Shown piece by piece: positions 22,441 to 34,199 of a DNA stretch of 35,503 bases. The DNA lies in the NCBI RefSeq assembly GCF_004010195.1, contig NW_025214404.1:1-35503 (forward strand). Reading direction: 5' to 3'. Source of the stretch: Chiloscyllium plagiosum. Its lineage: Eukaryota. The first letter of the stretch is position 1, and each line of letters starts with the position of its first letter. Below the pieces are notes generated by a model, which made no database searches, was not told where the DNA came from, and worked only from the letters and a program-made list of their open reading frames with translations. Made by a program: the position numbers and the translations under genes.

Positions 22441-23855
22441 AGCACTAATCATGTCATGGATGTACTCGAGAAAGAGTTGTGGAAGGGCCCTGAGCAGGAA
22501 TGGAACAAGGAATGTTCCATGTACCCCACAATGCAACTGGCATAAATGCAATTGAAGAGCTAACTCTGCTTTTCTCTCCACAGAAGCTGCCAGACTCTGC
22601 TGAGTTTCTGCAGCGCTTTCTGTTTGTGTTTCAAAACACAGGTGATGTTTATGGTTAAAGTCTCTCTACACTTGTCCGAAAGCTTGTCTATTGAATATTC
22701 CCAATCCAGATACAGCAATTCCATCAATATTTTCTTTCTTCTCTCCTGTTGAGGCACTCCCACCCAACACACACCTTCAGATAGAACAAATTCAGTCTTT
22801 AAAACGGTTCATGCATGTTGTATGTATATATGAAACAGTAGATTTCTATCCTCTATTAAGGTGCTCTAAGGGTTAGCAACATATCAACATTATTGCAAGA
22901 CATTTATTTTTATTAGAGATGGATGAGGAGACTTACATGTCTCATGAAATAATCTTTGTGGGTAATCTTTGCAAACTGGCTGCAATGAGACTGAGGAGCC
23001 ATACTGTGGATTTTCTTACATTCGTAGGTAACCAGTGATGGACAAACTATTCCAATCTGATCCAGAGCTACCGTACATGTGAAGAATTGTGGGAGCAAAT
23101 TGCAAGTCATTTCAGGGAAAGTTTAGAAAAGTCTGAGTAATCGAATAGGTTAATACTTACTGTCTTATGTTTTGTGTAACATAGTATGCCAAACAAGCTC
23201 TCCTTTCGGTTACACCTAATAAATGCATTCTGGGTAACACACTCAAGTAATACACCATCACAGTGATTGGGATCCAAGAAGTAATGAACCAGAGGTTCAG
23301 GAACTGAGCTTATCTGGATAGAGGGGTGAGGAATGTGAAACAGTCCCTCATTGCCTCTCCATCGTAACAACTGATGTAGGGAGTAAGCTTGTGTGCAAAG
23401 CCAACATCAATTTTTGCTGACAACTGGAAACAAGGGGTCAATTTGAACTGTACCTAATTGGTGAAAACAGGCACCAGGAAAGGAAAACAGGACATGGTGT
23501 AGAACGCTCAGCTGACCCACTACCATCTGTTTTCCAACCAGTAATATTCAGAACTGAGCCTTGAATGAGTGCAAGTGGGTCAGCTGATGACTGTTTCAAG
23601 GCCCCACTCCATGGTTTGAGTGCAGAAATTTGGCCAACCTTTCAGAATATACTGTTTTGTTCGAAGTGTCACCCTTTCTGCTCAAGCTGAACCAAGCCTG
23701 CTGGGGTGAATGTGAATACTGCAGTGAAAAGGAAATAGGACTGGTATTAATAAAGTAGGTCTTCTTCATCTGAAAGTTATGATGTGAGACTCACAAAGAT
23801 TGCATTTATTGATGTTGGACTAATTCAAATCTAACCCACAAATAAAATTGCTTAC

Positions 23856-25116
23856 CTGCAAATAGCTCCAACATTATCCATGACATAACACTGTCCACCA
23901 TTGTAGCAGTAGCTTGGGACCATGTCACAAATGGACTTGCAAGACTTATTCTGCTTCACATATCCCAGTTTGCATTCACTCCCATTTTCTCCAAGAACAG
24001 GAGGTGACAGGCTAGCATCGTGTCTGCTTTCTAAGTCAGAGGAGCCCGTGAAGGCATTTTCCTTCAGGAAAGATTCTGATTGGAAGTCCTGATTGGGCAC
24101 AGTCTGTATGTTTGTGGCTTCTTCTTTCGTCAACATGGTCTGTACCTTAGGAGAGACTGTGGTCAGCCTGAGCTCATTCTCATCCTCCAGCTCAATAGAC
24201 ACTTCTTCCCAATAATATAACGTGGTCATTTTGATATCTGAGATACTGACATCAGGACCAATTGTCAAGGCAGGTAGGTCAGGCAAATAATCTTCTGTGG
24301 ACTCTATGTTGGATGATGTCATGGGAATGTCTGGAGCTTCAATGATGGGAAATTTGTCAAAAGAGCCAATAGTTGTATTATTGTTAGAGTCATAATTGTA
24401 GTCTGTAGGCACCTGAGAGGGTTCATGTGTTGTCAAGGGCTCAAGGGCAGGGGTGATACCCAGGGGGTCTGCCCGGGTGTAATCTGTGCTCACTTCTGCT
24501 CCTTGGGTTGTGATATTGGTGGCCACTTCAGACATGCTCAACTTCATGTCCTGCTTCTCTTTGAATGCAGTAGTACTTCCTGTCGATCCAAAAGTCTCTC
24601 CACTTCCCTCTACCCCTTTTATTGGGTCTAGGCTAGGGATTGCAACTTGCTGAGTGGATGGGCTTGTCAGGCTGGGTGGCTCCTCCTCCAGTTTCTGCTC
24701 AGCTCCTTGGCAGCCAAGGCAACCCCCAAACTCCTGATCCAAATCAGTTGTCAGAGGTGGCGAGGTTACCCTTAAGCCGCCCTGAACCTCTGACATAAAG
24801 TGGCTGCCATTTGCTCCCTGCTCCCAACTCACCTGTCCACTTCCAGTTCCATCATCTAGTCCCTCCCTCTGGGTCTGCTCTACCATGGAGCTCTTCACAA
24901 AAGCATCTGCTAGACTTTGGGAGAGGTCACCTGATGTTGACCAAGCAGACTGGCTGGGGACAATGGGAACATTAGGGGAATCCTTGTGGGGAGATATAGG
25001 AGAAGCTGTCTGAGCCTCTGAGAATTGGGAATGGGTGAGAGATGAGGAATTCTCGATGGTTAGCACAGCAGAAGCAGTATCCTCAGTGGGGAAGGCAGAT
25101 GCTGTATCATCTTTTC
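23856..25116 (-). CDS. CSPG5: Large internal exon of chondroitin sulfate proteoglycan 5 (neuroglycan C/CALEB): Ser/Thr-rich GAG-attachment ectodomain plus most of the EGF-like domain
   Basis: Open frame ending ENGSECKLGYVKQNKSCKSICDMVPSYCYNGGQCYVMDNVGAICR matches my recollection of vertebrate CSPG5 (ENGTECRSGFVRHNGSCRSVCDLFPSYCHNGGQCYLVENIGAFCR). LEDENEL is conserved and Ser-Gly sites occur in acidic context (DDGTGSG, EGSGE). Acceptor ctctatttcAG (AG at 25118-25117, phase 1); donor AG|GTAAG (GTAAG at 23855-23851, phase 2). The 1261 bp length fits those phases. No other exons were found in the window. Confidence 0.93.
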
Positions 25117-25676
25117 CTGAAATAGAGCAGAGCAAATTGGGAATGAGGTAGGATGCATAACATGATGTCATTGAGTAAATGTGTATAAAATTTACACAAT
25201 GTATCCATAAATAATAAATAGGTAATACAATACACCAGAACACAAGAGTATGCACAACAAAAATATTTATGTGCATAAAGTTTAAGTATGAGGGAAATTT
25301 TGTTTAATAGTTTCTGATGACTACCTTACTGATGCAATTATATGAGTTGATTATAGAGAACATAACATTTGTCCATAAGAAACATGCTGCACAACAAAAT
25401 CAATGTACCGTGAATGCTGAAAATCTGAAATGTAAGTGGAAATTATTGAAGTCATTCAACAGGCTAGTCATCATCTATATAGAATTGAACTGAACTAATG
25501 TTTAGAATGATCATTCTATGTTAGTACCTGTATACATCTTACTAAAATGCACATATACTTGTAAATGACTAATCACATTTAAGAGATTGTAAGCATTAAT
25601 ATACACAAGTTATACTTTATATTGACAAACAATGTTTTCTTGGATAATATGTGAATTAATCCTATATATTTTTGTA

Positions 25677-26155
25677 AATTCATTCATGAGATGGCATTTA
25701 TTGCCTGCCTTTAGTTGCCCTTGAGGAGGTGGTGGTGAGCTGCCTCCTTGAACCACTGCAGTCCATTTGCTGTTTGTAACCCTTATTACCCTTACGGAGG
25801 GAATTCCAGAATTTTAGCCCAGTGACAGTGAAGGAATGGCAATATATCTTCAACTCAGGTGAGTGGCTTGGAGGAGAACTTGCAGGCAGTACCCATGTAT
25901 CTACTGTCCTTATTCTTCTAGATAAAAGTGGTCATGGTTTTGGAAGGTGTTTTGTGAATTTCTGCCATACATCTAATAAATAACACAAACTGCTACTACT
26001 GAGTATCGGTGATGGAGGGAGGTTTGCAGATGTGGTACCAGTCAAGCCGGTTATTTTGTCCTGGATGGCATCAAGCTTCTTGAGTTTTGTTGGAGCTGCA
26101 CTCATCCAGGTAAGTGGGGAGTTTTCCATCACATTCCGAGTTGCACCTTGCAAAT
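25677..26155 (-). mobile_element. 3' fragment of a second CR1/L2-clade LINE family
   Basis: MENSPLTWMSAAPTKLKKLDAIQDK on the minus strand; 3' end shared with 31719-32000. Confidence 0.75.
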
Positions 26156-27336
26156 GGTAGATTGGATTTGGGAGGCAGGAGGTGAGTATGGGTACAATGG
26201 GCACTTTTATATCTATCATTTGTACGACATATATATCGATATATATTGGACAAATTGTATTAATAGCTGCATAGATGTGAATATAAGCCCTAATACAATA
26301 CCAAACTACAGTCTGCATCTGTACACTACATTAGTATAAAACTCAAAATATACACCACATCTGAATATCATCACACTGAACATTACAAATTTATTTAACC
26401 AACTCAGACTGAACACTGGAGTTGTATATAGCGACATTGTGTTGTTATGAAGATGCTTCATTAATAATTCATTTTTTTAGGATTCCTGTTTAAAGTATTT
26501 TGGGCAGTGATTCATTTAGAAAAGACTGAAGAGATACTTGGATTTTTTTAAAGTGGCTTTAAAGACACAGGAACATTTTTAAGACACTCGTACTGACCAC
26601 TTTTTCTGTGTTTCTGTTATGAAGTAAAATGGTAAAAGGACTATTTTATCACCGAGGGACAGAGAGAAGAATTACTGCACTTTTAAAAACAAGTAATTGA
26701 TAATAATGCAAGCTTTGTTTGCACTGATGGTTTGCAAGCAGTGGAGTAGGTGAGATAAAACAGCACAATACCGGGGTGCCTACATTGAGAATTAGCCTGT
26801 AACAGATTGTGGATGTAACCAGTTGTGGATGACAGCAGGTCTCCGATTTTGCTGGGCAAGTGAACAGCTTGGTTGATTATAATAGCGGGATGAACCTCCT
26901 AATTGCTGGAAGAGCAAGTTTTGAGACTCTACCTCTCTGCAGTAAAATGATCTGAAGCCTGAAAATAGCTTGTTATTTTCTCCCACAGCAAATTGTTGTC
27001 CCTAACCAGTAACTAAGAGACTATGTAATTAGTGTACTAAACATCTTGAGAGGTAGTGAAACAGTGTGGAGAAAGGAGATTGAGAAACAAAATGTCTTGA
27101 GATTGAAAAGGAACATTTCATCAAACCCTGTGGACTTGTGCTATTGAAATAGAAAACATTGAAACACAAGATAAAATAAGGGATACAATTCTAAAGGAGG
27201 TAGAGGAACATCATCCCATCATGGGAGATTTTAATTTTCCCAACATTGACTGGGATACACTTATTGTCAGAAGTCTGGATGGGGCAGAATTTGTAAGGAG
27301 CATCCAGGGAAGTTTTCTAGAGCAATATATCAATAG

Positions 27337-27435
27337 GATGAAATCTTTGAGGAGAAGGGCTTATGCCCGAAACGTCGATTCTCCTGTTCCCTGGATGCTT
27401 CCTGACCTGCTGCGCTTTTCCAGCAACACATTTTC
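27337..27435 (+). mobile_element. Penelope-type pLTR mini-insertion within CR1
   Basis: Perfect 16-bp TSD AGCAATATATCAATAG (27321-27336, 27436-27451); stem II-GAAA-CGTC present but the CUGA box is lost. Confidence 0.88.
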
Positions 27436-27594
27436 AGCAATATATCAATAGTCCAACTAGGGAAGGGGCCATATGAGACCTGGTGTTGGGGAATGAGCCA
27501 GGCCAGGTGATCGAAGTTGCAATAGGGGATGTCTTTGGGAATAGTGACCACAACTCTGTAAGTTTTAGAATACTCATAGACAAAGATGAGAGTG

Positions 27595-27842
27595 GGGTCA
27601 AGATTAGAGTGGTGCTGGAAGAGCACAGCAGGTCAGGCAGCATCCAAGGAGGAGGAAAATTGACATTTCGGGCAAAAGCCCTTCATCAGGGACATTCCTG
27701 ATTCCATTAGCCCTTCCTGATAAAGGGCTTTTGCCCAAAACGTCGATTTTCCTGCTCCTCGGATACTGCCTGACCTGCTGTGCTTTCCAGTACCGCTCTA
27801 ATCTGGACTCTAATCTCCAGCATCCGCAGTACCCATTTCTGC
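27595..27842. mobile_element. Palindromic Penelope-type mini-insertion within CR1 with two opposed hammerhead motifs
   Basis: About 94-bp inverted arms (27597-27690 and 27716-27809); 13/14 TSD CAAAGATGASAGTG (27581-27594, 27843-27856). Confidence 0.88.
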
Positions 27843-30055
27843 CAAAGATGACAGTGATCCAAAGGGAAGAGTACTTAACTGGGCCAAGACCAATTATATC
27901 AAAATTCGGCAGAAGCTGGGAAATGTGTATTGGGGGCAGCTATTTGAAGGGAAGTCCACATTTGATATGTGGGAAGCTCTCAAAGATAGGTTGAAGATTG
28001 TGCAGGACAGGTAAGTCCTTTTGAAAACAAGGGATAGGAAAGGCAAGATTTGTGAACTGTGAATGACAGGAGAAATTGTGTGACTAGCCAAAGGAAAAAG
28101 GAAGCATACATAAGGTCCAGGCAGCTAAGAACAGAACAGGCTTTCGAGGAATATCAGGAGACCTTAAACGAGGAATCAAGTGGGCTAAAAGGGGTCATGA
28201 AATAACTTCAGCGAGCAGAATCAAGGAGAATCCCAAGACCTTTTATTCATATATAAGAAGCAATAGGGTAACTAGAAAAAGGATTGGTCCACTAAAGGAT
28301 AAGGAAGGAAGGCTGTTTGTCGAACCTGAGAAATTGGGTGAGATTCTGAATGATTACTTTGCATCAGTGTTCACTGAGGAGAGGAACATTGTGAATGTTG
28401 AGATTAGAGATAGAAGTTTGATTAGTCTGGATCACGTTGACATAAGTAGGGAAGATGTGTTGGGTAGGCGAGAGGTTATTAAGATGGACAAATCCCCAGG
28501 ACCGGATGGGATCTATCCCAGGTTACTGAGGGAGGTGAGAGAGGAAATAGCTGGGGTCCTGACAAATATCTTTGTAGCATCCTTAAACACAGGTGAAGTG
28601 CCGGAGGACTGAAAAGTTGCTAACATTATCTCCCTGTTCAAGTAGGGATATTCCAGGTAACTACGGACCAGAAGCCTGGCATCAGTGGTAGGAAGGTACT
28701 GAGAGAAAGGATCTATTAATATTTGGAAAAGAATGGGCTTATCAGTGATAGGCAACATGGGTTTGTGCGGGGGAGATCATGCCTTACCAACTTAATAGAG
28801 TTCTTTGAGGAAGTAACCAAGTTGATAAATAAAGGAAGGGCTGTAGATGTCATATACATGGACTTTAGTAAGGCATTTGATAAAGTTCCCCTGGTAAACT
28901 AATGGAGAAAGTGAAGTCAAATGGTGTGCAGAGTATTCTAGCTAGGTAGATAAAGAACTGGTTGAGCAACAGGAGACAGAGTAGTAGTTGAAGGGAGTTT
29001 CTCAAAATGGAGAAAGGTGACCAGTAGTGTTCCACAGGGGTCAGTGTTGGGGCCACTGTTGTTTGTAATATACATAAATGATCTGGAAGAGGGCATTGTT
29101 GGTATGATCAGTAAGTTTGCAGATGATATGAAGATTGGTGGAGTAGCAGAAAGCATAATGGACTGTCAAAGAATGCAGGAGAATATAGATAGACTGGAGA
29201 GTTGGTCGGAGAAGTGGCAGATGGAGTTCAATTCAGAAAATGTGAAGTGATCCATTTTGGAAGATCTAATTCTAGAGTGAACAATACTGTAAATGGAAGA
29301 GCCTTGGGAAAAGTTGATGAGCAGAGAGATCTGGGAGTTCAGGTCCATTGTACCCTGAAGGTGGCCGCACACGTGGATAGTGTGGTCAAGAAAGCATATA
29401 ATATGCTTGCCTTCATCGGACGGGATATTGAGTATAAGAGCAGGCAGGTCATGTTAAAATTGTACAAGACATTGGTTCGGCCGCATTTAGAATACTGTGT
29501 ACAGTTCTGGTAGCCACATTACCAAAAGGATGTGACGCTTTGGAGAGGGTGCAGAGAAGGTTTACGAGGATGTTACCTGGTATGGAAGGTGCTAGCTATG
29601 AAGAGAGGTTGAGTAGGTTAGGATTGTTTTCATTAGAAAAAAGGAGATTGAGGGGTGACCTGATTGATGTCTACAAAATCATGAAGGGTATAGACAGGGT
29701 GGATAGAGATCAGCTGTTTCCCTGGGTGAGGGATTCAAACACAAGGTGTCACACGTTCAAGGTGAGAGGAGAAAATTTTAAAGGGGGATATACGTGGCAA
29801 GCGCTTTACACAGAGAGTGGTAGGTTCCTGGAATGCATTGCCAGCAGAGGTAGTAAAGGCAGGCATGGTGGATTCATTTAAGGTGCATCTGGACAGATGC
29901 ATGAGTCGATGGGGAGCAGAGGGATACAGATCCTTAGGAATTAAGAGATAGGTTTAGACAGTGGATTTGGATCGGCACAGGCTTAGAGGGCCGAATGGCC
30001 TGCTCCTGGACTGTAAATGTTCTTTGTTCTTCTTTGTTCTTTATCATCTTACAGT

Positions 30056-30880
30056 AAAATGGCAGTGGAGTAGATCTTCTGAGCCCAGGGCTCGCTCGCT
30101 CCACCAACATTTCTTTTTGTTTCATTTCTTGTTGTTGTTGTTGTTTTCCTCTTTTCTCCTTTTTTTTCTTTTTCGCTTCTCTTTTTTTTTTATGGCTTTG
30201 GCAGTGGCAAGTGAGCCTAGTGTGGACGCAAGCAGGCCCAGCTTGGACTTGAATAGGCCCAGCAGCACGGACTCATGGTGGCAGCAGCAGAGGTGACTTT
30301 GGTTTCCCAGCAGCTTCTGCATCGATGGGACGGTCCTAACATAGAACTCATGGCTGCTGGGGCAGAGGTGACTTTGGGTTCCCACCAGCATCTGCATCCA
30401 GCGCAGATTAATGGAGGCTATGGTGGAGGCAAGTTTGGGCCCAGTACAAGACCCAGCAGCGGCTGCATCAGTGAGGTGAGTCAGATGTAGACTCATTGCA
30501 GTGGCAGAGTCGAGTTTGGGCCGTTGGGTCATCAGTGATGTCTGCAATAGTGAGGCCCATTGAGGACTCATAGTGGCGAGGATGTCGGTGGAGGTGAGGT
30601 GACATTATTGAGTGATGACTTTAGTTCCAGTGGCAGCGACACGATGAAGGGGACCCGGGCCTGGCCACCAGGCCCACGGAACATGGCAGAGTACTTAACA
30701 AGAATGAGTGTAAAGTTGAACACTTTTTCTTTATTTATTCATTTCTCTGCCTTTATATTCTATGGTTTATTATTTTTCTGTGTTTTAAGATGGCACCAGT
30801 GAGTTGCAACACCATACAAAACTTTTCACTGCATTTTGTAACAAAATACATGTGACAATAACTAAATCAAATCAAGTAAA
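30056..30880 (+). mobile_element. Non-coding interspersed element, same family as 2022-2955
   Basis: AAAATGGCAGTGGAGTAG head, T/C tract, internally duplicated GC-rich body, AAGATGGCACC...CTTTTCACTG...TACATGTGACAATAA(ATCAA)n tail. Confidence 0.62.
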
Positions 30881-30884
30881 ATCA

Positions 30885-31710
30885 GGAGCAAAGGGACCTG
30901 GGTGTATATGTGCACAGATCTCTGAAGCTGACAGGACAGGTTAAGAGAGCAATTAATAACACATACAGTATTCTCAGCTTTATTAATAGGTGCAAAGGTT
31001 ACAGGAGCAAGGAGTAATGTTGAATACATGTGACATAGCATAGCCAGGTTTGGGAGTTCTCATGCACGAATAACAAAAAGCTGGCGTATATGTTCAGCTG
31101 GTAATAGGGAAGGCAAATGGAATGTTAGCCTTTATTTCAAAGGGAATAGAGTATAAAAGTAGGGAAATTTTGCAAAACTTATGCAAGTACTAGTTCACTC
31201 AAGAATACTGTGAATAGCTTTGAACTGCTCACTGAAAGAAAGATATTCTGCTATTAGAGGCAGTGCAGCAAAGGTTCACTAGGCCGATTCTGGGTATGGA
31301 GGGACTTTATGATAAGTGGTTGAGTAAGTTGTGCATGTACTCATTAGAGTTTACAATTATGAGGAAACCTCATCAAACATGTAAGATTCTTAAGGGACTT
31401 GACAGGGTAAATGCAGAGAGGTCATTTCCACTTGTGTTAGATCTAGGACCAGAGGACTTAATCTCAGTGTAAAGTGTCATGCAGTTAAGGAAGAGATTAG
31501 TATGAATTTCTTCTTTCAGAGGATAGTCAGTCTGTGCAGTGCTTTAGCATAGAGCACTGTTGGGGCTGGGTCATTAAGTATATTTCACGTGAGATAAGGA
31601 TTTTTAATCAATAATATCTTCAAGGATTAAGGGAAAAAGCAGGAAAGCGCAGTTGCAGATTATCAGATCAGCTAAAGATCTCATTGACTGGCAGAGCAGA
31701 TACATAGGTT
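30885..31710 (+). mobile_element. Old CR1 3' fragments
   Basis: RDLGVYVHRSLK, KANGMLAFISKGIEYKSRE, QQRFTRPILGMEGL. Confidence 0.75.
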
Positions 31711-31718
31711 CACTTTTT

Positions 31719-33960
31719 TAATCATTCATGAGATGTGGGCATTGCTGGCTGGGCCAGCATTTATTGTCTGTCTCTAGTTGCTCTTGAGAAGGTGGTTGTA
31801 AGCTGCTGTAGTACATGTGCTAAAAGTGGACCCACAATGCCATGAGGGAGGGATTTCATGAATTTGACGCAGTGACAGTGAACGAAAGACAATGTATTTC
31901 CAAATTAGGATTGTGAGTGGCTTGGAGAGGAGCTTGCAGGTGGTGTTGTATCCATGTATCTACTATCCTTGTCCCTCTAGATGACAATAGTCATGGGTTT
32001 CAAAGTGCCATCGAAGGATCTTTGGCAAATCATTGCATTGCATCTGGTAGGTAACTCATACTGCTACTCTCAGCATAGTGATGGATGGATTGAATGATTG
32101 TGGATGTGGTGCCAAACAAGCAGACTGCCTTGTCCTTTTGGTAAGGGGCGGGCCACTGTTGGGGCAGCATGGTGGCTCAGTGGTTAGCACTGCTACCTCA
32201 CTGCACCAGGGTCCCAGGATCAATTCCAGCCTTGGGTGACTGTGTGGAGTTTGCATATTCTCCCCGTGTCTGCGTGGGTTTCCTCCCACACTCCAAAAAT
32301 GTGTAGGTCAGGTGAATTGGCCATGCTAAATTGCCCCAAGTATTAGGTGCATTGTTTGGAGTGAAATGGGTCTGGGTGGGTTATTCTTCAAAAGGTCAGT
32401 GTGGGCTTGTTGGGCCGAAGGGCCTGTTTCCACACTGTAGGGAATCTAAACTAATCCAGTTTCTTGAATGTTGCCGAATCTGCACTCATGGAAAATACTC
32501 CATCACACTTCTGGTTTGTGCCTTGTAGGTGGTGAACAGACCTTGGGGAGTCAGGAGGGGACTAATTTGCTGCAAGACTCTGAACTGCTCTTGTAGCCAC
32601 TATATTTATATGGTGAATCTAGTTCCGTTTCTGGTCAATGGCAACCCTCAGGATGTTGATAATGGTGGATTCAATGATGTTAACACCATTGAATGCCAAG
32701 GAGCAGTGTTAAGATTGCCTGGCATTTGTGTGGAAAAAATGTTACTTGTCACTTGTCAGCTGAGCCTGAATATTTTCCAGGACTTGTTGCATTTAGACAT
32801 GGTCTGCTTCCATATTTGTGGAGTCGTAAATGGTGCTGAACATTGGACAATCACCATCCACTGGAATTATGATGGAAGGAAAGTCATTGATGAAGCAGCT
32901 AAAGATGGTTAGGCCTAGGACATTACCCTGAGGAACTCCTGCAGTGATGTCCTGGAGCTAAGATGATTGACCTCCAATAATCACAACAATCTTCCTATGT
33001 GCCAGCAGATGGGTTTCCCCTGGTTCTCGTTGACTCCAGTTTTGCTTGGGCTTCTTAATGTCACACTCTATTGTATGTGGCCTTAAAGTCAAGAGGAGTC
33101 ATACTCACCTCATATCTGCTATTCAGCTGTTTTGTCAATGTTTGAACAAAGCCTGTAATGAAGTCATAAGCTGAATGGCTCTTGAGGAACCCAAACTGGG
33201 CATCACTGAGTGGGTTATTTCTGAGAAGGTGACACCTTCCATCACTTTATTGATGATCTAAAGTAGACTGATAGGGTAACTGGCTGGGTTGGATTAGTCC
33301 TATTTTTTGTGTAAAGAATATAACTAGGCAATTTCCCACATTGTCAGGTACATGCCAGTGTTGTAAATATATTGGAACAGCTTGATGAAGAGTAAGGCAA
33401 GTTCTGGAGCACTATTGCCAGAATATTGTCAAGGCCCATAGCCTTTGCAATGTTCAATATTTCCAGCTGCTTAATGATATTATGTGGAGTGAATTGAATT
33501 GACTGAAAACTGGTATCAGAGATGTTGGTCCTCTGGAAGATGCTGAAATGGATCAGCCATTCAGCACTTCTGGCTGAAGACAGTTGCGAATGTTTCAGCT
33601 TTATTGTTTGAACTGATGTGTTAGGTTCTCCCACCATTGAGGATGGGGATGTTTGTGGAGCCACCTCCTTCAGTGAGTTATTAATTCTCCACCGCCGTTC
33701 ACAACTAGCTTGTTCAGCAGTACCACTCTCAAGTCACTATTAGTGGTGAACAATGAAAGCCCAATTCACAGTACATTCTGCATCCTTGCCACCCTGAGTC
33801 CTTCCTCCAAATGTTGTTCAACATGGAGGACAACTCTGTCATCCATGTAAATGGTAATCAGCAGAAGGTCTCCTTACCCATATTTGACCTGATGCCATGA
33901 GACCTCATGTTGTCCAGAGTCAATGTTGAGGAATCCCAGAGCAATCACTGCTGACTATAT
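31719..33960 (-). mobile_element. Degenerate LINE of the second CR1/L2-clade family, interrupted by HE1
   Basis: Minus-strand IQFTPHNIIKQLEILNIAKAMGLDNILAIVL and GVPQGNVLG; 3' end shared with 25677. Confidence 0.75.
32161..32455 (+). mobile_element. HE1 SINE
   Basis: Head, V-domain (with a small deletion) and tail. Confidence 0.92.
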
Positions 33961-33974
33961 ACTACTGTATATCT

Positions 33975-34135
33975 TTGCTGTAAACCAGATACATTTTTCC
34001 CAAAAATTGTGGTTTCATAGTCATTTTCAGGCCATTATAGAAATTCCACCATCTGCTGTGACTGGATTTGAGCTCTGGTCCCCAGAACATTACCTCAACT
34101 TCTGGATTAATAGTCTAGTGATACTACCAATATGC
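33975..34135 (-). mobile_element. Old tRNA-derived SINE remnant
   Basis: Minus-strand box B-like GCTCAAATCC preceded by GGTAGTATCACTAGACTATTAATCCAGA. Confidence 0.45.
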
Positions 34136-34199
34136 AATCACCTCCTCTCTTCTGTGCCTATTTCTTATGCTGTCATGATCTAAAGCTAGGAAGACAGCA

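Larger units (their letters stand above)
20083..22636 (-). mobile_element. Degenerate Penelope-like element with inverted pLTR ends, interrupted by CR1 and a mini-insertion
   Basis: Minus-strand fragments FLFLDIAVSI (RT), SILFSQFLHLHYIC, LLYTG (YIG-like) and KLEEQHFIFHVCTLQPSGLNNEF; 20083-20155 and 22560-22636 are inverted copies. Confidence 0.85.
27215..30045 (+). mobile_element. CR1 LINE ORF2 (late APE, RT, 3' tail), disabled
   Basis: GDFNFPNIDW, SDHN, KSPGPDGIYPRLL, QHG, DFSKAFD, VPQGSVLGP, FADD, HLEYCVQFW; stops and frameshifts; (TGTTCTT)n tail. Confidence 0.95.

Noticed and set aside
23430..23830. Possible MITE-like and Deu-type SINE remnants next to the exon
   Set aside because: Too degenerate to support by eye.
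25117..25276. Hydrophobic N-terminal 53 aa of the 474-aa ORF as a signal peptide
   Set aside because: AT-rich sequence upstream of a good polypyrimidine/AG acceptor with the expected phase; most likely intron read-through.
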